A stretch of 63,853 nucleotides of DNA, taken from assembly GCA_026418075.1 (NCBI GenBank), contig JAOACA010000002.1, positions 1 to 63,853 on the forward strand, written 5' to 3'. Every line of letters starts with the position of its first letter. The first letter of the stretch is position 1. The position numbers and the translations under genes are program-made. The notes under the pieces are model-generated. The model made no database searches. It had not been told where the DNA came from and saw nothing but the letters and a program-made list of their open reading frames with translations. This DNA comes from Candidatus Bipolaricaulota bacterium. Lineage in GTDB: Bacteria; Bipolaricaulota; Bipolaricaulia; Bipolaricaulales; Bipolaricaulaceae. Of the stretch, positions 40,298 to 50,534 are shown one piece after another.

Positions 40298-40853
40298 TCC
40301 CCACCCCCTTGGCCGCCGCGTACGCCTCCCGGAGGGCAGCGATGTTCTTCTCCAGCATCTCTTTGCCCATCCGGTCCCCCATCGCCCGGCGGACCTCCTC
40401 CTCGACGATCGGCCACTCCGTCCCCAGCACCGCCGCCACCGCCCCGAGCATCGGGACGTTGGCAAACCCCGTCCCCGCTTCGCGGGCGATTCGATCGGCG
40501 TCCACAACGACGATCTTCCCCCGGAACCCGATCTGCTTGCGGATCTCTTCGGGGGAACACGCGGTGTTGACAATAAGGATCCCTTCCGGGCGCAGGCCCT
40601 CGGTGGGGTTCTCCGAGCGGAGGAGGGACTCGTCCACCACGACCACGATGTCCGGGGTGTAGACGGCGGAGTGGATGAGGATCTCCTCGTCGGCGATCCG
40701 GTTGTAGGCCCGGATCGGGGCCCCCGACCGCTCGGGCCCGAACTCGGGAAACGCCTGCACGAACTTCCCCTCGCGCAGGTTGATCTGGGCGAGGATCTGG
40801 GACACGGTCTTCGCGCCCTGGCCTCCCCGCCCGTGCCAGCGGATTTCCTTCAT
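40287..40853 (-). CDS. porC: Pyruvate:ferredoxin oxidoreductase gamma subunit
   Basis: EIRWHGRGGQGAKT, FPEFGPERSGAP; TATAAT at 40880-40885 and AAGGAGG SD upstream. Confidence 0.92.
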   Translation of the reverse strand: MKEIRWHGRGGQGAKTVSQILAQINLREGKFVQAFPEFGPERSGAPIRAYNRIADEEILIHSAVYTPDIVVVVDESLLRSENPTEGLRPEGILIVNTACSPEEIRKQIGFRGKIVVVDADRIAREAGTGFANVPMLGAVAAVLGTEWPIVEEEVRRAMGDRMGKEMLEKNIAALREAYAAAKGVGSAR

Positions 40854-40913
40854 CGAAACCCTCCTTTGCAGGGCGGGGCATTATAGCCCACAGGCGGGGA
40901 GGCCCCAGGAGAG

Positions 40914-40941
40914 AAAAACAAAGGCGGCCCGGAGGCCGCCC
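40914..40941 (-). terminator. Intrinsic terminator of the Crp/Fnr gene
   Basis: GGCGGCC-TCCG-GGCCGCC followed by TTTGTTTTT on the minus strand. Confidence 0.8.
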
Positions 40942-40967
40942 GATCCGGAAGAGCCCTCAGCGCCCGG

Positions 40968-41627
40968 CTAGGACTGGCACTTCTCCTTCAGGCCCTCGAG
41001 GTCCTTGATCACGATCTGGTAGCGCCGCTTGTCGAGGATCCCCTCGCGCTCGAACCGGTTGAGGACGACGGTCGTGTTCTCCCGGGCCGAGCCGATCATC
41101 TCCGCGAGGTCCCGGTGGGTGAGCTTGAACCCGATGAGGATCCCGTTTTTCGTCTTGACCCCGTACTCGTGGGACAGCCGGAGAAGCTGCCGGGACAGCC
41201 GCGTTTGGATGTCGCGGAACGCGAGGTCCTCCACGATCTCCTCGATCTCCTGGATCCACGTCCCGAAGACCCCAAGAAGCTCGGCGAACACCTCCGGGCG
41301 CCGGCGGGCCGCGGCGAGGAACTGATCCCGATCGACGCGGATCAGCTCGCTATCCTCGATCGCCTCGGCGTGGTGGCGGCGGCGCTTTTCGCCCACAAGG
41401 GCCATGTGCCCAAACACCTCCCCCGGGCCCCGGAGGGCAAGCGTGATCCGTTTCCCCGAGGGGTGGAGGTACGAGAGCTTCACGCGCCCCTCCTCCACAA
41501 GGTACACCGCCGTGCTGGGGGAACCAGGGTGGTACACGGTCTCCCGAGCCAGAACCCGGATCCGGTCTCCGGAGGCCCAAACGGGGTCGTCGCGGGTCAG
41601 TGGGCTTCTCGGCTGCGTGGTTTCCAT
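40968..41627 (-). CDS. Crp/Fnr-family transcriptional regulator
   Basis: VYLVEEGRVKL, PGEVFG cNMP-binding fold; LTHRDLAEMIGSARENTT helix-turn-helix. Confidence 0.93.
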   Translation of the reverse strand: METTQPRSPLTRDDPVWASGDRIRVLARETVYHPGSPSTAVYLVEEGRVKLSYLHPSGKRITLALRGPGEVFGHMALVGEKRRRHHAEAIEDSELIRVDRDQFLAAARRRPEVFAELLGVFGTWIQEIEEIVEDLAFRDIQTRLSRQLLRLSHEYGVKTKNGILIGFKLTHRDLAEMIGSARENTTVVLNRFEREGILDKRRYQIVIKDLEGLKEKCQS

Positions 41628-41705
41628 AGCGCCCGCAGGGTAGCCCGAGCCCGAGTCCGCCCGAAGGAAACAGGGAGCCTGGGAGCAAGCACCTCGGCTC
41701 CCCCC

Positions 41706-41735
41706 AAACAGAAGCGCGTCCGAGGCCGGACGCGC
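41706..41735 (-). terminator. Terminator of the stand-alone 16S transcript
   Basis: GCGCGTCCG/CGGACGCGC stem followed by TTCTGTTT on the minus strand, ~75 nt after the 16S 3' end. Confidence 0.75.
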
Positions 41736-41808
41736 GGGAGATGGGTGGACAGGGGGACGACGGGCCCTACCGGGCGGGACGCCTGGGTGTGACAAGGGTC
41801 ACTCCCTA

Positions 41809-43377
<1,569 letters not shown>

Positions 43378-43467
43378 AGCCTCAAGGGGTTGATGGTAGG
43401 TCCCGTCTGTCCCTGTCCAGATGTCAAAGACCAGGCATCCCGCCGATGTGCCCTCGCGGGCAGGGGG

Positions 43468-43496
43468 AGTATAGCGAGGGGGAGAGGGGCGGTCAA
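43468..43496 (-). promoter_or_regulatory. rRNA promoter
   Basis: TTGACC-N17-TATACT followed by a C-rich discriminator; boxA-like GTCTTTGACA in the leader. Confidence 0.85.
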
Positions 43497-43632
43497 GGGG
43501 GGGCATGGTCCCCAGGGGACCGTGCCCGGTGGAGGTCGAAGGAGATCCTCTCCAGGCGGGTCTCCCAGAAAACCCTGGGCTCTTAGAGACGGGGCGTTTG
43601 CGCGGGCAGCGGGGGAGGGTATACTTTTGGGT

Positions 43633-43713
43633 GTGAGTTTGCGCCCTTCTGCCCGAGGCTTACCCATCCCACCGCATGCCTCACCTCCCAGCCCCGGCAG
43701 AAGGGCGCTGCTC
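43633..43713 (+). ncRNA. Candidate structured sRNA, copy 1 (81-bp direct repeat)
   Basis: TATACT at 43620-43625 lies 7 nt upstream; 13-bp outer stem GCGCCCTTCTGCC/GGCAGAAGGGCGC, inner GAGGC/GCCTC stem, C-rich loops, then TTTCT. Confidence 0.65.
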
Positions 43714-43814
43714 TTTCTCTAGCCTTCCGCCTACCCACGCCGGCGCGCGGGGGGTCCCCGTCCTTCCGGATAGGTGGAGCGAGCGGGGTCTTCCCTCCCA
43801 GGCACATCCCCCCC

Positions 43815-43848
43815 GAAGAAGCGGGGCGCGCTCGGAAACGCGCCCCGC
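43815..43848 (-). terminator. Terminator of the secreted multidomain gene
   Basis: GCGGGGCGCG/CGCGCCCCGC 10-bp stem followed by TTCTTC, just downstream of the stop at 43861. Confidence 0.7.
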
Positions 43849-43860
43849 CTAGGGGTGGGA

Positions 43861-45417
43861 TCAGTCGCCGCAGGTGTAGACAGCGGAGTAGTCCACGTAA
43901 CAGTTCGTGATCGTAACCCGCACGTACCTGAACTCGGTCATGCGCGGTACCCGAACGCAGATCGAGTAGGTTCCCCACAGCTGGTGGGGCGGGGCCAGGT
44001 CCACCGTGGTTGTGGGGGCGGTGTGGACAGACACCCAGCTTTGGCCGTCGGGGGAGATTTCCACCGTGAGGGTTCCTTGGCAGCCGTCCAAGAAGCCGGG
44101 GGTGTACTCCAGGACCAGATGAACGTTGATGAACTTCGCGCCAAGGTCGTGGACATGGGACACTTGGTACCAGCCGCAGCAGTCGGGAGCCTGGCAGCGA
44201 GGGTCTCCTCCGCTGGGCCCAGGGACCGAGTAACCAACCCCGTTTCCACAGCTGTCGCCTGAACCGAGCGTCCCGCGGAAGCACTCCGTGCACTTCCGCT
44301 CCGGCATCACGGTGTACTGGGCTTCGGCCCGTAAGACCGCAGGATCGAAGGTCAGCGACACCGGGTCTGGATAGAACGACGGAGGCGTTCCCACCCTCCA
44401 GTGTCGAAACCGGTGAAGGTCGTGGGTATCCGGCGCGTCCAAGGTGAGCCCGAACCCCTTGGGGTAGGCGAGGGTGAAGGGGGTCCCCTTCGTCCCGGCC
44501 TCGACGGGGGTGCCCGTAGGGTCCTTCACCTGGTACGCCACGGGAACGCCGAGGAGGGAGTAGGTGGGGAGGGTGATGCACCTCGCGGTCACGAAGAGTT
44601 GAACTGCCGCACCTTGGACGATGATCGGCCGCTCGATGCAGTTGTTGGTCTCGTCCGTCTCCTTGACCACGTTGGTTGCGTCCATGCAGGCCCGTACCCC
44701 AAAGGTTCCCCCCTCCCAGGTGAGTTGGGAGTAGGGGAACGTGGCCAGGGTGACCACGAGGGTCTGCTTGGGATTCAAGTGCCCGGATGTCCACGTCCTC
44801 CGGCCGACGACCACGGGCTGGCCGGCCTTGACCTTGTACAGCTCCAGGACGACCCCCGCCAGGGGCGCCGGCTCCCCTCCCACGTTGACGACCATCACCT
44901 CGAAGTTCACGTACGGGTCCCCTACTGATGGGCTCACGGGAGTCCAGCGCATGGCCTCGATGAGGAAGTCGGGGCCCGCGCTGCGGACCTCCAGAATCTC
45001 CAGGCCACCGATGGGCCGCCCATTGTGGACCACGAGCACCGAGTACCTCCCCGGTGAGAGCCGTCCCACGGGTACGGAGAGCTGCCAAGGGGTGACCACG
45101 GCTAGACACATCGGATCCTTGTTCGTCGTGGAGACGGTGATCAGGCTCCCAAGAATGGCCACCGTAGGGGACCGGGGCACGCACGAGTCGCACCAGATCC
45201 CCGAAAGGACGAGGGTGATGGGATCGCTCGACGTCGGGTTCGAAGGCTGTACCGCCACATGGACCCAGGGGCCACATCCCTGGCCCATGGCCCCGTGGGG
45301 AAGAGCAACGCCCGCGAGGAAGACCACTCCTGCGAGAAGAAGGTTCCACCCCACATCCGATCGGTTCGGCCGCTTGGGCCACCTCGCACCATGCTTCTTC
45401 AGGTTCGGCACACACAT
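43861..45417 (-). CDS. Secreted Cys-rich multidomain protein (Ig-like, CARDB, possible discoidin-like C-terminus)
   Basis: AAGGAGGTG SD before ATG 45417; hydrophobic signal segment; CARDB signature PDFLI...VVNVG...DATNVVKETDETNN; VEISPDGQSW...FRYVRVT; many Cys pairs. Confidence 0.75.
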   Translation of the reverse strand: MCVPNLKKHGARWPKRPNRSDVGWNLLLAGVVFLAGVALPHGAMGQGCGPWVHVAVQPSNPTSSDPITLVLSGIWCDSCVPRSPTVAILGSLITVSTTNKDPMCLAVVTPWQLSVPVGRLSPGRYSVLVVHNGRPIGGLEILEVRSAGPDFLIEAMRWTPVSPSVGDPYVNFEVMVVNVGGEPAPLAGVVLELYKVKAGQPVVVGRRTWTSGHLNPKQTLVVTLATFPYSQLTWEGGTFGVRACMDATNVVKETDETNNCIERPIIVQGAAVQLFVTARCITLPTYSLLGVPVAYQVKDPTGTPVEAGTKGTPFTLAYPKGFGLTLDAPDTHDLHRFRHWRVGTPPSFYPDPVSLTFDPAVLRAEAQYTVMPERKCTECFRGTLGSGDSCGNGVGYSVPGPSGGDPRCQAPDCCGWYQVSHVHDLGAKFINVHLVLEYTPGFLDGCQGTLTVEISPDGQSWVSVHTAPTTTVDLAPPHQLWGTYSICVRVPRMTEFRYVRVTITNCYVDYSAVYTCGD

Positions 45418-45781
45418 CGCACACCTCCTTTCCGGCCTGGTTTGTGTTTCTTGCGTCATGCGACCTTCTCTGCGAGGCAAGCGTGAGGTTTGATTCGTGA
45501 ACAAAGGGCTGTACGGTCGTGAGTACTCAGAGTTGCCCCAAGGTTGGACTCCAGCGATCACCCCCTTGCTCGGGGGGGGCCTGCGGGAGGAGGCCGTGGC
45601 TGGGGAAGGGCGGAACCACCAGGGAGAGGGGAGCATCCCGTCCGCCTTCCCCCCTGAAGCGCCGGGGATGATACCTCTGCTTGAGGCGCGCTCAAGGAGC
45701 CCTGCGGAGTTCCAATGGCACGAGAGGGGCCGCCCTGGGGCGGCCTCGACGGACCCAGCGCCTCGCGCTATACTCCTCCGC

Positions 45782-45862
45782 GTGAGTTCGCGCCCTTCTG
45801 CCCGAGGCTTACCCATCCCACCGCATGCCTCACCTCCCAGCCCCGGCAGAAGGGCGCTGCTC
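45782..45862 (+). ncRNA. Candidate structured sRNA, copy 2 (81-bp direct repeat)
   Basis: 80/81 identical to copy 1; its own TCGACG-N17-TATACT (45746-45774), again 7 nt upstream; followed by CTTT. Confidence 0.65.
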
Positions 45863-45910
45863 CTTTCCCGTGGCCTCGGATAGGCTCAGTCCAGGGTACG
45901 GAGCCGCCCG

Positions 45911-47548
45911 ATGAGGATCGCCGTTGGCCAGCTCAACCCCACCGTGGGGGACCTCCCCGGAAACCGCGACCGGATCCTCGGGGCGATCGGGGAGGCCCGG
46001 CGGGAGGGGGCCGACCTCGTCGTCTTCCCCGAGCTTGCCCTCCTCGGCTACCCCCCCCGGGATCTCCTCCACCGCTCCGGCTTCCTCGCCGCCGCCGAGC
46101 AGGAGTTCGGGGCGATCGTTGGTGCCTCCGAGGGCATCGGTGTGATTCTCGGCCACGTGCTCCGGGGGGGAGCCCGGGACGCCAACCGCGCCGACCCCTC
46201 GGCCGCCGCCTTCGGAGGAGGTACCGCCCTGTACAACGCGGCGTTCCTCCTCGCCGATCGGGGGATCGTCGGCCACCAGGCCAAGCACCGCCTTCCCTCG
46301 TTCGACGTGTTCGAGGAGGAACGGTACTTCGCCCCGGGGGAGGAGATCGGAGTCCTGGAGTGGGGGGGGCTGCGGCTTGGGCTCTCGGTGTGCGAGGACT
46401 TCTGGTACGAGGGGGGCGTCCTCGCCGCCCAGGCCGCGGCCGGGGTGGACCTCCTCGTCAACGTCTCCGCCTCCCCCTACTTCCGGGGAAAGCCCCTCCT
46501 CCGCTACGACCTCGCCCGGCGGTGGGCAGAAGCCTCCGGCGCCCCCCTGGTCTACGCCAACCTCGCCGGGGCCCAGGACGAGCTCGCCTTCGACGGGGGG
46601 TCGTTCGCCCTCCGCCCCGACGGAGCATTTCTCCTCGCCGCCCCGCGGTTTAGGGAGGGGGTGTTCGTGTTCGACACCGCGGGCCCGCCCGTTCCGCCCC
46701 CGGCCCCCGACGGACTGCCGGAGGTGAAGGAGGCCCTCGTCACCGGAATCCGCGACTACTTCGGGAAGAACGGGCTCCGGGGCGCGGTGATCGGGATCTC
46801 GGGGGGCGTGGACTCCGCCGTCGTGGCGGCCCTGGCCGCGCACGCGCTGGGGACCCAAAAGGTCCTCGGGGCGTTTCTCCCGGGTCCCTACACCGCCGAG
46901 GAGTCGGGGGAGGAGGCCCGCCAGATCGCGGAGGCCCTGGGGATTCGACTGGTGGAGATCCGGATTGACCCGATCTTCTCTGCATTCGCGGACGGTCTTT
47001 CCCCCCACGTCCCCGTGGAGGGGGTGACGGCGGAGAACCTCCAGGCCCGGATCCGGGGCGTCCTCCTCATGGCCCTTGCCAACAGCTTGGGCTACGCGGT
47101 CCTCGCCTGCGGGAACAAGGCCGAGCTTGGCACCGGCTACACCACCCTCTACGGGGACACCGTGGGGGCCCTGGCCCCGATCGGGGACCTCCTCAAGGGG
47201 GAGGTTTACGCCCTCGCCCGGCTCCTGAACGACGAGGCCGGCCGCGCCGTCATCCCCGAGGGGACCCTCCGCCGCCCCCCCTCGGCCGAGCTCCGCCCCG
47301 GGCAGCGGGACGACCAGGACCTCCCCCCCTACGAGCTCCTCGACCCCCTCCTCCAAGGCCTCGTCGTGGACAACCGGCCGTGGGACGAGCTTGGGCAGCG
47401 GTTCGGGGAGGAGGTTGTCTCCGACGTGGCCCGGCGGCTCTACCGCTCCGAGTACAAGCGGCGGCAGTACCCGATCGTCCTCAAGGTCTCGCCCAAGGCG
47501 TTCGGGATCGGGCGGAGGTTCCCCGTGACCGGGGGCTTCGGTCGCTAG
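45911..47548 (+). CDS. nadE: Glutamine-dependent NAD+ synthetase
   Basis: Nitrilase-like domain (FPEL..GYPP.DL, CED, SASPY) plus GISGGVDS, ENLQARIRG, GYTTLYGD, PPSAELR. Confidence 0.96.
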   Translation: MRIAVGQLNPTVGDLPGNRDRILGAIGEARREGADLVVFPELALLGYPPRDLLHRSGFLAAAEQEFGAIVGASEGIGVILGHVLRGGARDANRADPSAAAFGGGTALYNAAFLLADRGIVGHQAKHRLPSFDVFEEERYFAPGEEIGVLEWGGLRLGLSVCEDFWYEGGVLAAQAAAGVDLLVNVSASPYFRGKPLLRYDLARRWAEASGAPLVYANLAGAQDELAFDGGSFALRPDGAFLLAAPRFREGVFVFDTAGPPVPPPAPDGLPEVKEALVTGIRDYFGKNGLRGAVIGISGGVDSAVVAALAAHALGTQKVLGAFLPGPYTAEESGEEARQIAEALGIRLVEIRIDPIFSAFADGLSPHVPVEGVTAENLQARIRGVLLMALANSLGYAVLACGNKAELGTGYTTLYGDTVGALAPIGDLLKGEVYALARLLNDEAGRAVIPEGTLRRPPSAELRPGQRDDQDLPPYELLDPLLQGLVVDNRPWDELGQRFGEEVVSDVARRLYRSEYKRRQYPIVLKVSPKAFGIGRRFPVTGGFGR

Positions 47549-48606
47549 GGGTTCCCCCCGCGGCGGGCCCGGCGGAGGTAGGTCGGGACGTCGTAGTCGT
47601 CCCGGACCCCTTCCTTCTGGAGGCGGTCGATGACGACCTCGGCTTCGGCCTCGAGGATTTCCCCCGTGGGAACGGCGGGGAACCCGGTGGCGATGACCGT
47701 CACCTTGGCCTTCTGCATCCCCTCCCGGATCGTCGCCCCGAAGATGAGGTCGGCCTTGTCCGATAGAGCCTCCTGGATCGCCCCCGCCGCCGCGGTCACC
47801 TCCTCGAGCGTGAGGTCCTCCCCGCCGGTGATGTTGAGGATCGCCTTCTTCGCCCCCTTGGGGCTGAAGTCCAGGAGGGGCGAGGAGATGGACCGGCGGG
47901 CCGCCTCGCGGGTCTTGTTCTCCCCCTCTGCCTCGCCAATCCCCATCAGGGCCGTCCCCGCCCCGCGGAGGACTGCCTCCACATCGGCAAAATCGAGGTT
48001 GATGAGCCCAGGAACGGTGATGAGCTCGGTGACCCCCTGGACCCCCTGGCGAAGGACCTCGTCCACGAGCTCGAACGCCTTGGTGAGGGGCATGTCGTGG
48101 GGGGCGACCTTGAGGAGGCGGTCGTTGGAGATGGTGATGATCGCGTCCACGTTCTTCGCCAGCTGCTGGATTCCCCGCTCGGCCCGCTGCATCCGGGCCA
48201 GGCCCTCGAACCCAAACGGCCGGGTCACGATCCCCACGGTGAGGATCCCGAGTTCCTTGGCGATCTCGGCCACAACCGGGGCCCCCCCGGTCCCCGTCCC
48301 GCCCCCCATCCCGGCGGTGATGAACACCATGTCCAAGCCCTGCAGAAGGTCGGCAATTTCGTCCCGCGACTCCTCGGCCGCCTCCCGGCCCACCTCGGGG
48401 TCCCCCCCGGCCCCGAGGCCCCCCGTCCGCTTGACCCCCAGTTGCAGGTGCCGGTGGGCCTCGACCATCTCCAGGACCTGGGCATCGGTGTTCATCGCCA
48501 CCAGCTCGACCCCGGCCAGGCCGGCGCGGTACATGCGGCTGACGGCGTTCCCGCCGCCCCCGCCCACCCCCACCACCATGATCCGGGCCGGGCTCTCCCC
48601 CATCAT
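47545..48606 (-). CDS. ftsZ: Cell division protein FtsZ
   Basis: GVGGGGGNA, NTDAQ, GMGGGTGTG, INLDFAD, C-terminal DVPTYLRR. Confidence 0.98.
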   Translation of the reverse strand: MMGESPARIMVVGVGGGGGNAVSRMYRAGLAGVELVAMNTDAQVLEMVEAHRHLQLGVKRTGGLGAGGDPEVGREAAEESRDEIADLLQGLDMVFITAGMGGGTGTGGAPVVAEIAKELGILTVGIVTRPFGFEGLARMQRAERGIQQLAKNVDAIITISNDRLLKVAPHDMPLTKAFELVDEVLRQGVQGVTELITVPGLINLDFADVEAVLRGAGTALMGIGEAEGENKTREAARRSISSPLLDFSPKGAKKAILNITGGEDLTLEEVTAAAGAIQEALSDKADLIFGATIREGMQKAKVTVIATGFPAVPTGEILEAEAEVVIDRLQKEGVRDDYDVPTYLRRARRGGNP

Positions 48607-48613
48607 CCGTCCC

Positions 48614-49849
48614 TCACCCCCGGAGGAACTTCCGGAACCAGCCGAGCATCTTCCCCAGCATCCCCTTCGATGATCCCCGCCCGCGCCGGGTGGGGACGAA
48701 GTCCTTCGTCTCCACGGCGTACTTGAGGAGCCCGACCCCGGTGGCGTAGATCGGGGACTCCACGATGTCCCGCAGCCCGTGAATCCCCTGGGGAAGGCTC
48801 CCCACCCGCGCCGGAAGCCCGTAGCGGCGCTCAATGAACTCCGGGATCCCGTGGAGGAGGGACGTCCCGCCGGTGATGACCACTCCCGCCGGGACGAGGT
48901 CGCGGTAGCCCGCGTCCTCCACCTCCTGCATCGCCAGGTCCAGGATCTCCTCCACCCGGGGCTCGATCACCTTGGCGAGCTTCTTCCGCGACACCTGCTT
49001 CGTGCTCTCCCCCCCGATCGTGGCGACCTCGATCTTCTCATCGTCGCCCACCGAGTCCACAAGGCAGGTCCCGTACTGCTTCTTGATCCGCTCCGCCTCT
49101 TCGATCGGCGTCTGAAGGCCCACCGTGATGTCGTTCGTGATGTGCTCCCCAGCAATGGGGATCGTCTTCGAAAACCAGATGTCCCCGCCCCGAAAGACAG
49201 AGATGTCGGTCGTTCCGCCACCTGAGTCGAGGAGGACGACCCCCAGCTCCTTCTCCGCCGAGGAGAGCACGGCCATCGCCGAGGCCAGGGGCTCCAGCAC
49301 GATCTGGGAGATCCCGATCCCCACCGCCTCCACGCACCGGACGAGGTTGTGAACCGCGGTCACGGACCCAAGCACGATGTGGACGTCCACCTCCAGGCGC
49401 GTCCCGGTCATCCCCACGGGATCCGTGATCCCCTCCTGGCCGTCCACGATGTACTGGCGGGGGATGACGTGGATGAGCTCGAGGTCCGGGGAGATGGGCA
49501 TTGTCCGCGCCGCCTCCACCACCCGGCGCACGTCCTCGGTGGTGATGATCCGATCGGGGCGGGTGATGGACACCGTGGCGGAGTTGTTGAGGGACCGGAT
49601 GTGTTTCCCCGCGATGCCGACGTAGGCCTGCTGAACCCGCACGTCGGCCATGTTCTCCGCCTCCTCGACCGCCTTGCGGATGGACTGGACCGTGCGGCCG
49701 ATGTCGACGACCACGCCCTTCTCCAGCCCCCGGGAGGGGGCCGTGCCCAGCCCGATGATCTCGATGTGCTCGTCGACCACGTTGGCCACCAGACAGGCCA
49801 CCTTCGTCGTCCCGACGTCCAGCCCCACCACCAACCGCTCCCGCCTCAT
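48614..49849 (-). CDS. ftsA: Cell division protein FtsA
   Basis: GLDVGTTKV, DSGGGTTD, AERIK, TGGTS, C-terminal amphipathic WFRKF helix. Confidence 0.97.
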   Translation of the reverse strand: MRRERLVVGLDVGTTKVACLVANVVDEHIEIIGLGTAPSRGLEKGVVVDIGRTVQSIRKAVEEAENMADVRVQQAYVGIAGKHIRSLNNSATVSITRPDRIITTEDVRRVVEAARTMPISPDLELIHVIPRQYIVDGQEGITDPVGMTGTRLEVDVHIVLGSVTAVHNLVRCVEAVGIGISQIVLEPLASAMAVLSSAEKELGVVLLDSGGGTTDISVFRGGDIWFSKTIPIAGEHITNDITVGLQTPIEEAERIKKQYGTCLVDSVGDDEKIEVATIGGESTKQVSRKKLAKVIEPRVEEILDLAMQEVEDAGYRDLVPAGVVITGGTSLLHGIPEFIERRYGLPARVGSLPQGIHGLRDIVESPIYATGVGLLKYAVETKDFVPTRRGRGSSKGMLGKMLGWFRKFLRG

Positions 49850-49865
49850 CGGACCACCACCTTCG

Positions 49866-50534
49866 TCACCGCTTCCGTTTCAGGACCACCTCGTCGCCGA
49901 CGCGAAGGTCCACCGTGGCGTACCCGGCCAGCAGCCCGCGCTCCCATAGCTCCTCCAGGATAGCCAAGCGATCCCCTAGCTGGCCAATCTCGCCCAAGAG
50001 GAGGGTGGGAACGCCCTCGCCCCGGGCGACGACGGAGGCGGGGTCGGAGACGTCGAACGTCGAGAACCGGTCCCGAACCGAGGGGCGGAGGGAGGCCACG
50101 GCCCGCGCCGCCTCAACCACCGCGCGGGGAACCCGGTCGCCCTGCCGCCGAACCCCCACCACACGCGCCTCGGCCGCGGGGGCGAGGATCACCCCCTCGC
50201 GGTCGACCCACACCGCCGCTCCGTTCTCCAGCCGCACGGACACCGTCGGCTCCCGCTCCTTCACCACCACGTCAACCCGCTGGGCAAACGGACGAACCCG
50301 GATGTGCACCGCCAGCACCCGCGGGTCCCGGGCGATCTGATCCCGCAGTCCGCCCGTTTGTAATCGAAGTACATTAGCACCGAGCAGAATCCCTGTCAAC
50401 TGTTCGGCCGCGACGTACCGGGTTGGGGAAACCTGAACCGCCTCGACACGCCACCAGCCACCCCAGCGGACGGCGGTGAACCCGAGGATCAGAAGGGTGC
50501 CGGCGAGGCACCCCACGCGGAGGGCCCGGATCAC
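49866..50534 (-). CDS. ftsQ: FtsQ/DivIB-like protein
   Basis: TM + POTRA, V.ER.P, WVDREG, C-terminal VDLR; sits between murB and ftsA. Confidence 0.8.
   Translation of the reverse strand: MIRALRVGCLAGTLLILGFTAVRWGGWWRVEAVQVSPTRYVAAEQLTGILLGANVLRLQTGGLRDQIARDPRVLAVHIRVRPFAQRVDVVVKEREPTVSVRLENGAAVWVDREGVILAPAAEARVVGVRRQGDRVPRAVVEAARAVASLRPSVRDRFSTFDVSDPASVVARGEGVPTLLLGEIGQLGDRLAILEELWERGLLAGYATVDLRVGDEVVLKRKR

Noticed and set aside
45418-45816. N-terminal 133 aa of the 651-aa ORF starting inside repeat copy 2 (MGKPRAEGR)
   Set aside because: The sequence is not protein-like, and the strong SD and signal segment point to ATG 45417; stop-free frames are expected at this GC content
43633-45862. 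81-bp repeats as CRISPR, tRNA/att site, integron attC or IS ends
   Set aside because: Only two copies 2 kb apart; no cloverleaf; no RYYYAAC/GTTRRRY ends; no cas, integrase or transposase in the window
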